64,000 nt of DNA from contig OZ242029.1 of assembly GCA_965205015.1 (NCBI GenBank), forward strand, positions 544,001 through 608,000, written 5' to 3'. The position numbers were made by a program, and so were the translations under genes. Numbering within the stretch: the first letter of the stretch is position 1; every line of letters starts with the position of its first letter. Positions 47,814 to 57,545 of this stretch are shown one piece after another. This DNA comes from Candidatus Poribacteria bacterium (GTDB taxonomy: Bacteria; Poribacteria; WGA-4E; WGA-3G). The notes beneath the pieces were generated by a model. The model had not been told where the DNA came from. It saw only the letters and a program-made list of their open reading frames with translations, and did no database searches.

Positions 47814-48947
47814 CTATTCGCTCTCTTGAAGAAAAGGGATTTCTGCCAAATGGCATCCAAACACCTGTTTAATTGCAATCTCTATCGGAGTACCGTTGCC
47901 TAACTGGTGAAGCAGCTTGCGCATTTTGGGGAAACCGAACTGCTGGATGAGAAATTCTGCTACTGCAGCGGATTGGATATACGCCAATTTCCGATATTTT
48001 GCGGGAAGTTGGTCAAACGGTTTATTCAAGAGAGCAAAGGGGAGTAAACATTCCGTCTGAACCGCTTGCTGAAAGTCGCGGCGTTCAGATTCAAACATCG
48101 GGCGGGCGATGCTTTGTGAGAGTCCTTCGTCAAGCCATACCGGACAATGCCCGTGTGCTACATGATGAATCAACAGATGTACCCATTCATGTCGTAACAG
48201 GGCATATAAGATGCTTAGCACTGGCTCACCGGCTGCACAGTATACCAGACGGATGCCACCATCATAGCACCCACTCGCCCATCTTGGCATCGCATGTTGA
48301 GACGCAGCACGTCCATTTGTATTTGTGACCGATATCGCGACCGGTGAAGCCGGATAGTACCCTAACACTTCACCCAATTCCGAGTAAGTCCGATGAATCA
48401 GGCGACAGATATTCCAGATTGTCTGGGAACTCATTTCGGAATGACTCGTGAGATCGAAAAATTCCGAATGGACAACCTGTTTAGGGAATCTTATAGGACC
48501 GACTTGTAACTGTTCAAGGAATTGTAAGGGAGGTGGTTCCTTAAAGTCATCTAAAGAGATCAGTGTATCATAACATGCTTTCTCATCAAGAATGCGCGCT
48601 TTACGCCTAAGAGCCGTTGGCGAATCAGGACATAATCGCAGGGCAATGTCTAAACACGCCAATGCCGTATCCCACTCTCCAACCATCTCATAGGCTTTCG
48701 CAAGGTCGGCATAGATATAGTGATGCTGTGCCGCGCCTAATTTCAAGCCAGCGAGATAGTGGTGGATCGCTTCAACATAACACGCCTGTCCATAACTAAG
48801 GGTTGCCTGCTGAAAATGTGATAGTGCCAATGAGTTGGTATGTCCAAAGTGCACAACTTTCCTAAGGAACGGTGGTGCATTAAAGGCGCATCCCTCAATG
48901 CACAACGCAATCCCTCTCCCAGTAAAATTAGGACCGTTCAATATCAA
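47814..48947 (-). CDS. TPR plus peptidase MA-like (HEXXH) domain protein
   Basis: TPR N-terminus, 'LRHEWVH', 'PVWLDEGL', 'LAYIQS..VAEFL'. Start uncertain. Confidence 0.78.
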   Translation of the reverse strand: MILNGPNFTGRGIALCIEGCAFNAPPFLRKVVHFGHTNSLALSHFQQATLSYGQACYVEAIHHYLAGLKLGAAQHHYIYADLAKAYEMVGEWDTALACLDIALRLCPDSPTALRRKARILDEKACYDTLISLDDFKEPPPLQFLEQLQVGPIRFPKQVVHSEFFDLTSHSEMSSQTIWNICRLIHRTYSELGEVLGYYPASPVAISVTNTNGRAASQHAMPRWASGCYDGGIRLVYCAAGEPVLSILYALLRHEWVHLLIHHVAHGHCPVWLDEGLSQSIARPMFESERRDFQQAVQTECLLPFALLNKPFDQLPAKYRKLAYIQSAAVAEFLIQQFGFPKMRKLLHQLGNGTPIEIAIKQVFGCHLAEIPFLQESE

Positions 48948-49587
48948 CCACTTTGAAACTCACTTTCCCGCATCTGAGTGTAGAACCATCTTGAATCCGG
49001 GTCGGTGCTTCAACACGCGTGTCATCAAGATAAGTCTCATCAGAACTACCCAAATCCGTGACGTAGACGTCGTTATCCTTCTGCTCAAATCGGACGTGTA
49101 CACGAGAAAGCGTCCGGATTGCGTTGTAACGCTTCAACATCTCTGGGGATTCAACGGTTTGTTCAGTATCCCACTTCTGCAGGGCATCGGCGTCGGGTAA
49201 AGATGCATCGACCTGCATGATTTCGGTAGTTTCACTGCCCATACCCTGTGGGCTATAACCGGGTCGCAGTTCCAGTCCTTCTACATCAAGCGGCTCAGCT
49301 TCTACGGCTTCGCCCCGAATTTCTGCCATCACACGTTCGCGAGCGCGCTGCTCGGCACCAGGCGGTAGCATAACGTTCTCTCGTTCCTCAAATCGGTAGT
49401 GTGAGAAGTCTATTAATTGTTTCAATGGCTGAAGTTCCGGGAAGTTGTGAATTTCCTTTAGAAGGCGTTTCTGCCTACGTGACAACCGCTCATTTTTCAG
49501 CCAGCACGTATAAGCTTCCAACATCTCTGCCTTTTTCAAATCATCTGCCGAGATGCCGGCCCTTCGCCATTTCTTCCAGAAGCGCAT
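48928..49587 (-). CDS. Putative anti-sigma-like protein with degenerate C-terminal FHA domain
   Basis: 'SRVHVRF......VTDLGS..ETYLD..RV.....IQDG..LRCG'. Lies directly after the ECF sigma gene. Confidence 0.65.
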   Translation of the reverse strand: MRFWKKWRRAGISADDLKKAEMLEAYTCWLKNERLSRRQKRLLKEIHNFPELQPLKQLIDFSHYRFEERENVMLPPGAEQRARERVMAEIRGEAVEAEPLDVEGLELRPGYSPQGMGSETTEIMQVDASLPDADALQKWDTEQTVESPEMLKRYNAIRTLSRVHVRFEQKDNDVYVTDLGSSDETYLDDTRVEAPTRIQDGSTLRCGKVSFKVVDIERS

Positions 49588-49603
49588 GCGTTAATCCTCC
49601 AAA

Positions 49604-50218
49604 TTAATATATCCACTGAATGCCTTTTGCAATCAGAATTTTCCGCAGTTCCTCGGTGCACCGAAAAATCCAAATTTTCACAGTGCCGTCCTTGCGGTTG
49701 AGAATGCGGGCAATCTCTGCGATACTATAGCCTTCCAAGTGCCGTAACATCCACGCAATCCGATGATTTGGTTTCGTTACCTGTTCAAGGGCACCTTCCA
49801 AAATCTGTTGTGCTTCTGCGGCTTCTAATTCTTGCTCGGGACCTGGGCGCGGGTCCTCGTATTTACTCAGCGGCTGTTCATCCTCATCAGGTGAACCACT
49901 GAGCGGGTGTTCCCGGATCCTGTCCCGCTTGCGTATCGCATCGATAATCGTATTTCGCGCTACCGTATTTAACCACGCCTGAAAACTACCCTGCTCTGTG
50001 TCCCATTTGCCCAGCTTCTGCCAAACTTTAACGAACACATCCGAGGCAACCTCTTCAGCATCTTGATAATTTCCAAGCATTCGGTAGGCTTTATTATAAA
50101 CCCACTTATAATGCTTGTCGAACAATTGCCTAAACGCGGCTTCGTTGCCTGCTTTCGCTTGCGTCGCGAGATAGGTATCTTCGACAGCAGATAAGTCATT
50201 AGATATTTGGCGCGCCAT
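49604..50218 (-). CDS. ECF-family RNA polymerase sigma-70 factor
   Basis: 'AF..LFDKH', 'DAEEVASDVFVKVW', 'SFQAWL..VARN..ID', region 4 'LRHLEGYSIAEIA......GTVK'. Confidence 0.93.
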   Translation of the reverse strand: MARQISNDLSAVEDTYLATQAKAGNEAAFRQLFDKHYKWVYNKAYRMLGNYQDAEEVASDVFVKVWQKLGKWDTEQGSFQAWLNTVARNTIIDAIRKRDRIREHPLSGSPDEDEQPLSKYEDPRPGPEQELEAAEAQQILEGALEQVTKPNHRIAWMLRHLEGYSIAEIARILNRKDGTVKIWIFRCTEELRKILIAKGIQWIY

Positions 50219-50362
50219 TCAAATCTGCTCCTTCGCCTATAAGGATCTACTCTTCCGCCTATAAGGACCCTTTTCAGCAGGCTATGCAATGTAACGTCAA
50301 TGAATTCGATAACGTTTCAAAAAAGGAAAAGAGTGGCACGCTGTAGAGAATTAACGCGCTAC

Positions 50363-50540
50363 CAACGTTCACTAATAGACTTGTGATACTACCCAACGCC
50401 TAAAGGCGTGGGCTTCGGTTTCATAGCAACTGCGTTCTTCCGAAAGGGTTGAACGTCTTATTATCGCTCCACCCGTAGGCTCTTATTCCGAATCAGATCG
50501 GCTTTATCTGGTTTATGCCCAGGGTACCCCAGCCTACAAA
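50363..50540 (-). ncRNA. Orphan omegaRNA scaffold plus flanking guide (predicted)
   Basis: Homologous to the tnpB2 3' end and RE. The tnpB relic reads ttgTAGgctggggtaccctgggcaTAA. The guide would be aagtctattagtgaacgttg. Confidence 0.62.
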
Positions 50541-50641
50541 GAATGAATGAGAGGGTACCGATACAAGGCGTTGGGTCATTACGCCACAATCGACTTACAG
50601 GAACGATACCCGAAATGTATTTTAGAGTGATTGCGCACTTC

Positions 50642-50716
50642 GCACTCTATGCCCTTCTCACGGGGCGGTTAGGACTCTGCCAGAGATTGGCAGAGGTGAG
50701 AACCCTAACCAAGTGC
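50642..50716 (-). ncRNA. Putative pseudoknotted RNA motif (copy 2)
   Basis: P1 gcactt/gagtgc; P2 ggttaggg/tcctaacc; P3 ctctgcca/tggcagag; P4 gccc/gggc. The bulge ttctcac is complementary to the P4 loop gtgagaa. Confidence 0.65.
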
Positions 50717-50723
50717 TGATACA

Positions 50724-50752
50724 AGTATACTACAATTTACTGTGAATGTCAA
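50724..50752 (-). promoter_or_regulatory. Near-consensus sigma70 promoter inside the mini-element
   Basis: Minus strand ttgaca ttcacagtaaattgtag tatact (17-nt spacer). Confidence 0.75.
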
Positions 50753-50845
50753 GTTTATTTTTGATTTTCAACGATTAACGATATTAGACCCAACGCTAAA
50801 GCATTGGGACCTGTTAAGGGAGGATCGTAAAAACTAAAATGATCT

Positions 50846-51724
50846 CTATGAAACACTTCCCAGAACAATCCGTTCCTTCCCCGCATAGTCTTTGCGCAGT
50901 TCATACGTGGAATAGGCAGATTCAGCATCAAGAAGCGTGCGAACGGTGTCGGCTTGCGTCGCACCAATTTCAAGGATAAGCTTTCCACTCGGTGCGAGAT
51001 ATTTCGGTGCCTCAGCAATTAATCGACGAATAACGTCAAGACCGTCATCTCCAGCAAAGAGGGCAATTTCGGGTTCATGGTCCCGGACATCTGGACTCAA
51101 GGTGTCACGCTCCGTATTTTTGATATAGGGTGGATTGGAGGCTATCCAATCAAATTGGGCATCCCCATTCGCACATATTGCGTCTACTGGTTCAAACAGG
51201 TCTCCAGACAAAAACTTAATTTGCGCTGCGGAGGCGTGCGTTTCAGCGTTCTTTCGGGCAACGGCGAGAGCGGGATCAGAGATGTCCGTCGCAACGATCT
51301 CCCATTCTGGTTGTTGCACGGCAAGACTCGTCGCAATTACACCACTTCCTGTACCGAGTTCCAGTAAACGTTGGGAATTTCCGGCTTCTGTTGTGAGGAT
51401 CGTTTCAACGAGCTGTTCTGTCTCCGGGCGCGGAATGAGGACCCGTTCATCCACATAGAAATCCAAGGACATAAACTCCTTGCGATTCGTGAGGTAGCTA
51501 ACAGGTGTACGCGCGATTCTCTTTTTTATTAACTCTCGGAACGGTGTGAGGTGTTCTTGAAAGACGGGCATTTCAAAATGGAGATAGAGTTGCAGGCGGC
51601 TTTTTTCGAGCAGATGCCCAAGCAATACCTCAGCATCTAATCTCGGATTTGGGATGTCGTGCTGTTGGAAGTATTCCGCTGTCCAATCGAGCAGATCCAC
51701 TACGCGCCACATTTTACTCGGCAT
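50846..51724 (-). CDS. prmC: Release factor glutamine methyltransferase
   Basis: 'VLIPRPETE', 'ELGTGSG', 'SNPPYI'. Follows prfA. Confidence 0.96.
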   Translation of the reverse strand: MPSKMWRVVDLLDWTAEYFQQHDIPNPRLDAEVLLGHLLEKSRLQLYLHFEMPVFQEHLTPFRELIKKRIARTPVSYLTNRKEFMSLDFYVDERVLIPRPETEQLVETILTTEAGNSQRLLELGTGSGVIATSLAVQQPEWEIVATDISDPALAVARKNAETHASAAQIKFLSGDLFEPVDAICANGDAQFDWIASNPPYIKNTERDTLSPDVRDHEPEIALFAGDDGLDVIRRLIAEAPKYLAPSGKLILEIGATQADTVRTLLDAESAYSTYELRKDYAGKERIVLGSVS

Positions 51725-51750
51725 AGTTTCGTGTCCCTTAACTGGAGGGT

Positions 51751-52818
51751 TTAAACCTCCTGCAACTTTTCCGCCTGATCGGCAGTTGTTAACCGCTCAA
51801 TAAACGTTTGTAGGTCACCGTCTAAAACGGCATCAAGTTGATAGGAACTGAATTGGACCCGGTGGTCAGTTACACGAGATTGTGGGAAGTTATAGGTGCG
51901 AATCTTTTCGCTTCTGTCGCCACTGCCAACCATAGATCTACGGGTTTCGGCTCTTTCATTGTTAAGTTCAAATTGCTTCTGCTCTTGGAGGCGGGCACGG
52001 AGAATCTTCATCGCCTTGGCACGATTTTTATGTTGAGACTTTTCGTCTTGGCAGGTCACAACCAGTCCCGTTGGGAGGTGGGTAATCCGAATAGCAGAGT
52101 CGGTTGTGTTAACGCTTTGTCCACCGGGACCCGAAGATCGGTAGGTATCAATACGTAATTCGGTTGCCTCATCAATCGCCAAATCGAGTTCCTCGGCTTC
52201 CGGAAGAACAGCGACTGTGGCAGCAGATGTATGAATGCGTCCACTCGCTTCGGTTGCAGGAATTCGCTGCACACGATGTATACCGCCTTCAAATTTCAGT
52301 TGACTGTATGCGTTCTGACCTTCAATTGAGAAAACGACCTCTTTAAATCCTTTTAAGCCAGTCGCATTTGAACTGAGGAGTTCCAGCCGCCAGTTTTGAC
52401 GTTCGGCATAGCGGGTGTACATTCGAAACAATTCGGCTGCGAAAAGACTGGCTTCTTCACCACCGGTCCCTGCTCGGATTTCGATGATGACGTTTTTCTC
52501 ATCGTTCGGATCTTTTGGAATCAGAAGAACCTTAAGCACCTCAGTAAGTTGCTCTTTTTTGGCAGTGAGAACGTCCAACTCTTCCTGAACTAATCCAAGC
52601 ATTTCCGCATCCGTTTCCGCTTCTATTAGGAGCAGCGTCTCTTCAAGGGCGGATTCTAACTGCTGGTACTCCTGATATGTGGACACAATTGGCGAAAGTT
52701 CGGCGTGGGTTTTAGATAACTCCATTAATCGCTGTTGATTTGAAATTTGCGCCGGATCTCCGAGTGCTTTTTCGACTTCAGCGTATCTGTTTTCAATATC
52801 CTTGAGTTTCTCAAACAT
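51751..52818 (-). CDS. prfA: Peptide chain release factor 1
   Basis: GGQ motif, PAT recognition loop ('QRIPATE'), 'EIRAGTGGEEA'. Confidence 0.97.
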   Translation of the reverse strand: MFEKLKDIENRYAEVEKALGDPAQISNQQRLMELSKTHAELSPIVSTYQEYQQLESALEETLLLIEAETDAEMLGLVQEELDVLTAKKEQLTEVLKVLLIPKDPNDEKNVIIEIRAGTGGEEASLFAAELFRMYTRYAERQNWRLELLSSNATGLKGFKEVVFSIEGQNAYSQLKFEGGIHRVQRIPATEASGRIHTSAATVAVLPEAEELDLAIDEATELRIDTYRSSGPGGQSVNTTDSAIRITHLPTGLVVTCQDEKSQHKNRAKAMKILRARLQEQKQFELNNERAETRRSMVGSGDRSEKIRTYNFPQSRVTDHRVQFSSYQLDAVLDGDLQTFIERLTTADQAEKLQEV

Positions 52819-52860
52819 TTTTGTCACCGCTTGCAAGTTAAAACTTGCGATTAACCGTTA

Positions 52861-52908
52861 AAAACAAGAGATGCTCCTCTACATTTTCGGATGTAGGGTA
52901 GATCTCTA
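52861..52908 (-). terminator. Possible intrinsic terminator between rpmE and prfA
   Basis: Minus strand agagatctaccctacatccgaaaatgtagaggagcatctct followed by tgttttt. Confidence 0.4.
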
Positions 52909-53021
52909 TCCTGCTTGATTTGTGTCCTAAGCATCAGGGATTTCCCGCGCCTGCTGTTGTTAAGGCACGGGTACCCACGCTTGGAACACCGATCAATAGA
53001 CTTACCGGCGAAACGATACCT

Positions 53022-53237
53022 CTAATTATCGTCTGCGGTGAGTCCGTAACGTCGGCGGAAACTTTCAACGCGTCCGGCAGTGTCAATAAATCGAGCTTGT
53101 TGTCCAGTGTAGAATGGGTGACATTTTCCACAAATATCTACCCGCATCTCGGATTGGATCGCGAGCGTTTTATGGGTCGCGCCGCAAATGCATGTAATCA
53201 CGCATTCTACCATTTCTGGATGTATTTCGGCTTTCAT
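53022..53237 (-). CDS. rpmE: 50S ribosomal protein L31 (Zn-binding type)
   Basis: 'MKAEIHP...CICG...[12 protein letters not shown]....[14 protein letters not shown]'. Confidence 0.97.
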   Translation of the reverse strand: MKAEIHPEMVECVITCICGATHKTLAIQSEMRVDICGKCHPFYTGQQARFIDTAGRVESFRRRYGLTADDN

Positions 53238-53326
53238 AATTTTTCTCCTTTGAATCGACAATTTACGATTCTCTAAGCGTCTTGTAACCGCGCTTCTGAG
53301 GCGCGGAAGTTTAAGTGTATAGGCAC

Positions 53327-54661
53327 TCACGCGGATCGCTTTGAACGAGCGTTGGTTCTCACTGACGCATTACTGTAAGTCGCATTGTCTACCATCCGCT
53401 CGAGGAATTCGGCGTTTGTACCAGTTCTGCCGAATTGCTCAATGAGCATTTCAAGCGATTCTGCGTCGTCCATCTGGCTGGTGAATTTCCGCAGCACCCA
53501 GACCTTGTTAAGAACATCGGGTGCCAATAAGAGTTCCTCACGACGTGTTTTCGATTTCTCGATGTTAATCGGTGGATAGATGCGGAGATCTAACAAAGAA
53601 CGCTCCATGTGGATTTCCATGTTGGCAGTGCCTTTGAATTCTTCGTAGATGTACTCATCTTGCCGACTTTCCGTATCAACGAGCACAGATGCAATAACCG
53701 TTAGACTTCCACCTTGTTCAAATTTTCGGGCTGCACCGCAAAACTGACGAGGCTTTACAAATGCCATAGCATCTAAACCCCCCGACAACGTTTTTCCGCT
53801 GTGTGGCGTCATGACATTGTGTGCCCGTGCGAGTCGGGTCATGCTATCCAACAGAACGACGACATCTTTCCCGTACTCTGCCCACCGCTTCGCCTTCTCA
53901 ATCGCCATCTCCGCGACTTGGATGTGCCGTTCCGGATGTTCATCAAAAGTAGAACTAATAACTTCCCCTTTGACAGAACGAGCGACATCTGTAACTTCCT
54001 CAGGGCGTTCATCAATGAGCAAAAAGATGAGAATAACTTCTGGATGGTTCGCCTCAATGCCGGCGGCAATATTCTTCAGCAGCGTCGTCTTACCACTGTA
54101 AGGCGGCGCAACAATCAAGCCGCGTTGTCCCTTGCCGATCGGTGCTATTAAATCCAACATCCGAGTCCCGTATTCTGACTGATTATGTTCCAGCTTCAAT
54201 TTTTCGTACGGGTGGATGGGAGTCAGGTGCTTGAAAAGGATTTTCTGTTTGACGGATTCAGGCACCTCTCCGTTAACCTTCTCAATTTGTAACATTGCGA
54301 AGTAACGCTCTGCTTTATTTTCCGTTTTCTTTGGGGGACGAATGACCCCTTCAACGACGTGCCCGGTTTGTAAATCGAAGCGTCGGATTTGCGATGAGGA
54401 CACGTAAATATCCTCGTTGCTCTGTAAATAATTGGAGCGCGACGAACGGAGAAACCCATAGTGTTGGTCCCGATCATCAAGGATTTCCAAAACCCCACCA
54501 CCATAAAACTGGGTATCCCCCTCAGATTTAGCCTCTATAATTTCGTTAATTAATTCCTCTTTCCGAGACCCATCGTATTCGACCACTCCGAGAGTTAGGG
54601 CAAAGTCTTTGAGTTCCGAGAACTCCATTTCTTGGAGCTTGCGAATGTCCAAGCTCTCCAT
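53327..54661 (-). CDS. rho: Transcription termination factor Rho
   Basis: 'GFLR', '[12 protein letters not shown]', '[19 protein letters not shown]', '[11 protein letters not shown]', '[10 protein letters not shown]'. Confidence 0.98.
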   Translation of the reverse strand: MESLDIRKLQEMEFSELKDFALTLGVVEYDGSRKEELINEIIEAKSEGDTQFYGGGVLEILDDRDQHYGFLRSSRSNYLQSNEDIYVSSSQIRRFDLQTGHVVEGVIRPPKKTENKAERYFAMLQIEKVNGEVPESVKQKILFKHLTPIHPYEKLKLEHNQSEYGTRMLDLIAPIGKGQRGLIVAPPYSGKTTLLKNIAAGIEANHPEVILIFLLIDERPEEVTDVARSVKGEVISSTFDEHPERHIQVAEMAIEKAKRWAEYGKDVVVLLDSMTRLARAHNVMTPHSGKTLSGGLDAMAFVKPRQFCGAARKFEQGGSLTVIASVLVDTESRQDEYIYEEFKGTANMEIHMERSLLDLRIYPPINIEKSKTRREELLLAPDVLNKVWVLRKFTSQMDDAESLEMLIEQFGRTGTNAEFLERMVDNATYSNASVRTNARSKRSA

Positions 54662-55373
54662 AGTTTCTAATACTCCTCATTGTGCCCGGTTCCAAGGTAA
54701 TCGTTCCACCATGGCGTTCATCTAACCACCCAGCGAATTCTTTGTCTCCACGCAAATGTGCGATATTTTGAAAATGGAGCCGCAATTTGAACGCAGTCGC
54801 TAAAATAGGAGACAAAACAGAGGTTAAAATGGAATCGGGGCTGATTCTATAGAATAATTGACTGAAGTTGGTTTCCATTACTTTCGGTTCGCGACTGAAA
54901 ACCACATCTACCGGGTTTCACTACTCTGTCGTTTAATTCATAAATCGGCACAACAGAACCGAGGCACGAAAACTGGGTTTTTCCACCAAGCTGGTTAATC
55001 TGGCATGACACTCCAACCAAACGCATGAGACTTCTGAAGACGCGCTTGTAAGCGACGCGCGACGCCGTTAAGATACGCGACAGAGCAAGATGCAAGGTAT
55101 ACAGGGATAGCGATGGAGTAGGTGCAACGTTGCCCGTGGGAATGTTTCTTGTATGGTTGCGTCGAGATACGTGTTAGAAGGTGGTTTCGACCTAAAGGTG
55201 CCACTTGGTTTTCCATATCAAAACTGGCGTTGCACGCGCTACCTTACAACCAGTGACTCGTTTTTCCTCAAAGGACGCTTCTTTCGGGGTTTACACTGTT
55301 TCATCAGGGGAAAGCTGCGAACTGCACCCTTAAAGCGTGCTTGCGCTTAGGAAGTTAAGAACCTTAATTGTTA

Positions 55374-55402
55374 ATTATACACCATTCAGAATAAAAGGTC
55401 AA
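55374..55402 (-). promoter_or_regulatory. Sigma70 promoter about 700 nt upstream of rho
   Basis: Minus strand ttgacc ttttattctgaatggtg tataat (17-nt spacer). Confidence 0.65.
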
Positions 55403-55480
55403 GTTTTTTTCTAAAAAGACGAATTCTTCCGAAATCATGATGTAAGGCGCGGTTTTTTTCAACCGCGCACTTCACACCCC

Positions 55481-57481
55481 TTATTCAGCGTCTTCGCCTT
55501 TCAATTTCTTAAGCCTGCGACGGACTTTCTGGTTATATTGATTTTTCGCTAAGTAGTTTTCCCAAAGGGCTATCGCGTCGTCATTAAACCCTTGTGAGAC
55601 ATAGTAATCACCGAGGGCTATCAGCGGAATATCAGAAAGCGGGTTCCTCTCAATCGCCGTTTTGAATTCAGCAACAGCGGTTTCCGCATCGCCGTTTAAA
55701 AGTGCCAACTCACCCCTACCGTAAGGAATCAAGGCGTGGTCGGGGTACTCTGCCGCCAATTCATCTATCATCTTCTGCGCGTCTTCCAATTTCTTCAAGT
55801 GGTAGGTTGCACGCGCAGCGAGGATCGTCGCATAAACGATCTGATTGCGAAGTTTTTGTTGTTCGACCTTGCTTTCCGATTTGTTGAGAACCCGTTTCGC
55901 CGTCCGAGCGGCGGCTCTATACTTGGCACGGGATTGTACATAATTCCCGTACTTATAGGTAAGGTCACCGAGGGTTTTAGAGCCGATGTATGAATCACCT
56001 TTCCCATCAACGAGATCCTGAAAAATTGCGGCGGCTTTTCGATCCTTTAACCGATAATGGAGGACCTCGGCAAGGCTTTGTAACGCATCTAAATTCTGTG
56101 TGTTCGCCGCGACAGACTTCTCCAGCACCTCCCGTTCTTTCTCAGGTTCACCTAACTTTTTGTGCGCCAGCGAGAGTAACCAGTAAATCTCGGAATCTTT
56201 TCTTTTCGCCATTCCAAGAACAGAATTGTAGGTTTCTATCGCTTTCTCATAGGATTCGGAAGTATAGTGAGTTCGTCCGGTGTCGATGACGGCTTGAATA
56301 ACGCTACCATCTCGGTTTGCAGCTTTCTTGAGGACCTCTCTCGCCCGTTGATGCATCCCTACTTTTCGATAGCAAATCGAGAGTTTGAGGTAGGAATACG
56401 GGTCAAGCTTCACATTCGCCGCCTCTGCGCGGGCAATTGCATCGAAATATAAAGCCCCCGCGTCCCGGTAACTCTCATCACCGTAGAAGAAGTTGGCAAT
56501 CATCAACTCAGCATCATAGTAAGTGCCTTGTTCATCGCCTGCGATACCCCCTTGACCGCCGAAATTCCGCATGACCTCCGATGCACTCACTCCGAATCCG
56601 GAGTCTGCGATTTGGGTATTGATATTCCCCATGGCGCGACTTCTCTCAACACCCCCGCGCGGGCGGTCCATTTCACGTCTCGCTTCTTGCCGGGCATAGG
56701 CTCTTTCTACCTGTGTTGCCAGTGGGTCGTCGGGCTCTGGAATGCTGGCGTTGAGGTCTGTCAGTTCCTGTTTCGCTATCTCAATCTCTTTTTCAGTCCC
56801 TTCGACCTTACCATATCTTTTAACGAGTGATTGATACGTGCGTTTCGCTTCCTCTTCGTTTTTGAGGTGCTGTCGTTGGATGCGTCCTTTATTGGCGATA
56901 GCGAGCGCTGCGCGTTGGCTTCGAGGGTTCCGGTTTGCGAAGTTATCGAAAACCTCTACCGCCTGTTCAAAGTCCTTTGCCTCTTCAAAACTTTTCGCCA
57001 GCATCAGTTGTGCGTTGTGGCTCAATTCAAGGTTCGGAAAATTGTTGATAACCGCGTCAAATTGGGTTTGAGAGGCTTTAAAATCCTTTTCCCGGAAATG
57101 GTGCATCCCGAGTTCATAATGCGCCTCAGCAGCTTCATCACTCTTCGGTGCAGCGGCGATGACGGCTTCATAGGCTTTGACGCCTTCCGCGGGTTGATTC
57201 ATTCGGTCAATGGAAAGTTTACCTATAGCGAGTTGTGCTTGCAATGCCTCAGGCGTGCCGGGTTGGGCATCCACGATATTTTGATACGCCTGTATTGCAC
57301 CTGGGTAGTCTTTCTGTTCAGCGAGCTTTTCTGCGGCGCGCAGTGCGCTACCAGATAGGCAACCGACGTGTACCACCGCTACTAAAACAGCCACGACGAG
57401 CGCGCAATACTTCATACTTTTGACAGCGAGTTTTCGCCAGTGCTCATACATCCTGATTGCGAGTTGTGCTGAAAATTTCAC
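55481..57481 (-). CDS. Large TPR-repeat protein, probable lipoprotein
   Basis: GTG at 57481 after AGGAG (alternative ATG at 57415). Hydrophobic stretch ending 'HVGC', then many TPRs. Confidence 0.8.
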   Translation of the reverse strand: MKFSAQLAIRMYEHWRKLAVKSMKYCALVVAVLVAVVHVGCLSGSALRAAEKLAEQKDYPGAIQAYQNIVDAQPGTPEALQAQLAIGKLSIDRMNQPAEGVKAYEAVIAAAPKSDEAAEAHYELGMHHFREKDFKASQTQFDAVINNFPNLELSHNAQLMLAKSFEEAKDFEQAVEVFDNFANRNPRSQRAALAIANKGRIQRQHLKNEEEAKRTYQSLVKRYGKVEGTEKEIEIAKQELTDLNASIPEPDDPLATQVERAYARQEARREMDRPRGGVERSRAMGNINTQIADSGFGVSASEVMRNFGGQGGIAGDEQGTYYDAELMIANFFYGDESYRDAGALYFDAIARAEAANVKLDPYSYLKLSICYRKVGMHQRAREVLKKAANRDGSVIQAVIDTGRTHYTSESYEKAIETYNSVLGMAKRKDSEIYWLLSLAHKKLGEPEKEREVLEKSVAANTQNLDALQSLAEVLHYRLKDRKAAAIFQDLVDGKGDSYIGSKTLGDLTYKYGNYVQSRAKYRAAARTAKRVLNKSESKVEQQKLRNQIVYATILAARATYHLKKLEDAQKMIDELAAEYPDHALIPYGRGELALLNGDAETAVAEFKTAIERNPLSDIPLIALGDYYVSQGFNDDAIALWENYLAKNQYNQKVRRRLKKLKGEDAE

Positions 57482-57545
57482 GATCTTTCTCCTTTTTTGA
57501 TATTGACTCGGTTCCAAGACACCTACGCGAATAAGCATCCCTGCT

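Larger units (their letters stand above)
50383..50827 (-). mobile_element. Non-autonomous, ORF-less IS200/IS605 mini-element related to element 2
   Basis: RE and omegaRNA region 50383-50540 matches 28375-28531. LE gctaaagcattgggacctg is shared with 29649-29667. TTTA|cg junction in both. Confidence 0.85.

Noticed and set aside
49406-49415. 10-nt match to the mini-element guide (aagtctatta), and a 9-nt match near 52993-53001 on the minus strand
   Set aside because: Matches this short are expected by chance in a window of this size, and neither has the predicted TTTA TAM.
54546-55350. Short ORFs upstream of rho, or rnpB/tmRNA/SRP RNA in this interval
   Set aside because: No recognisable protein motifs or RBS, and the signature sequences of those RNAs were not found.
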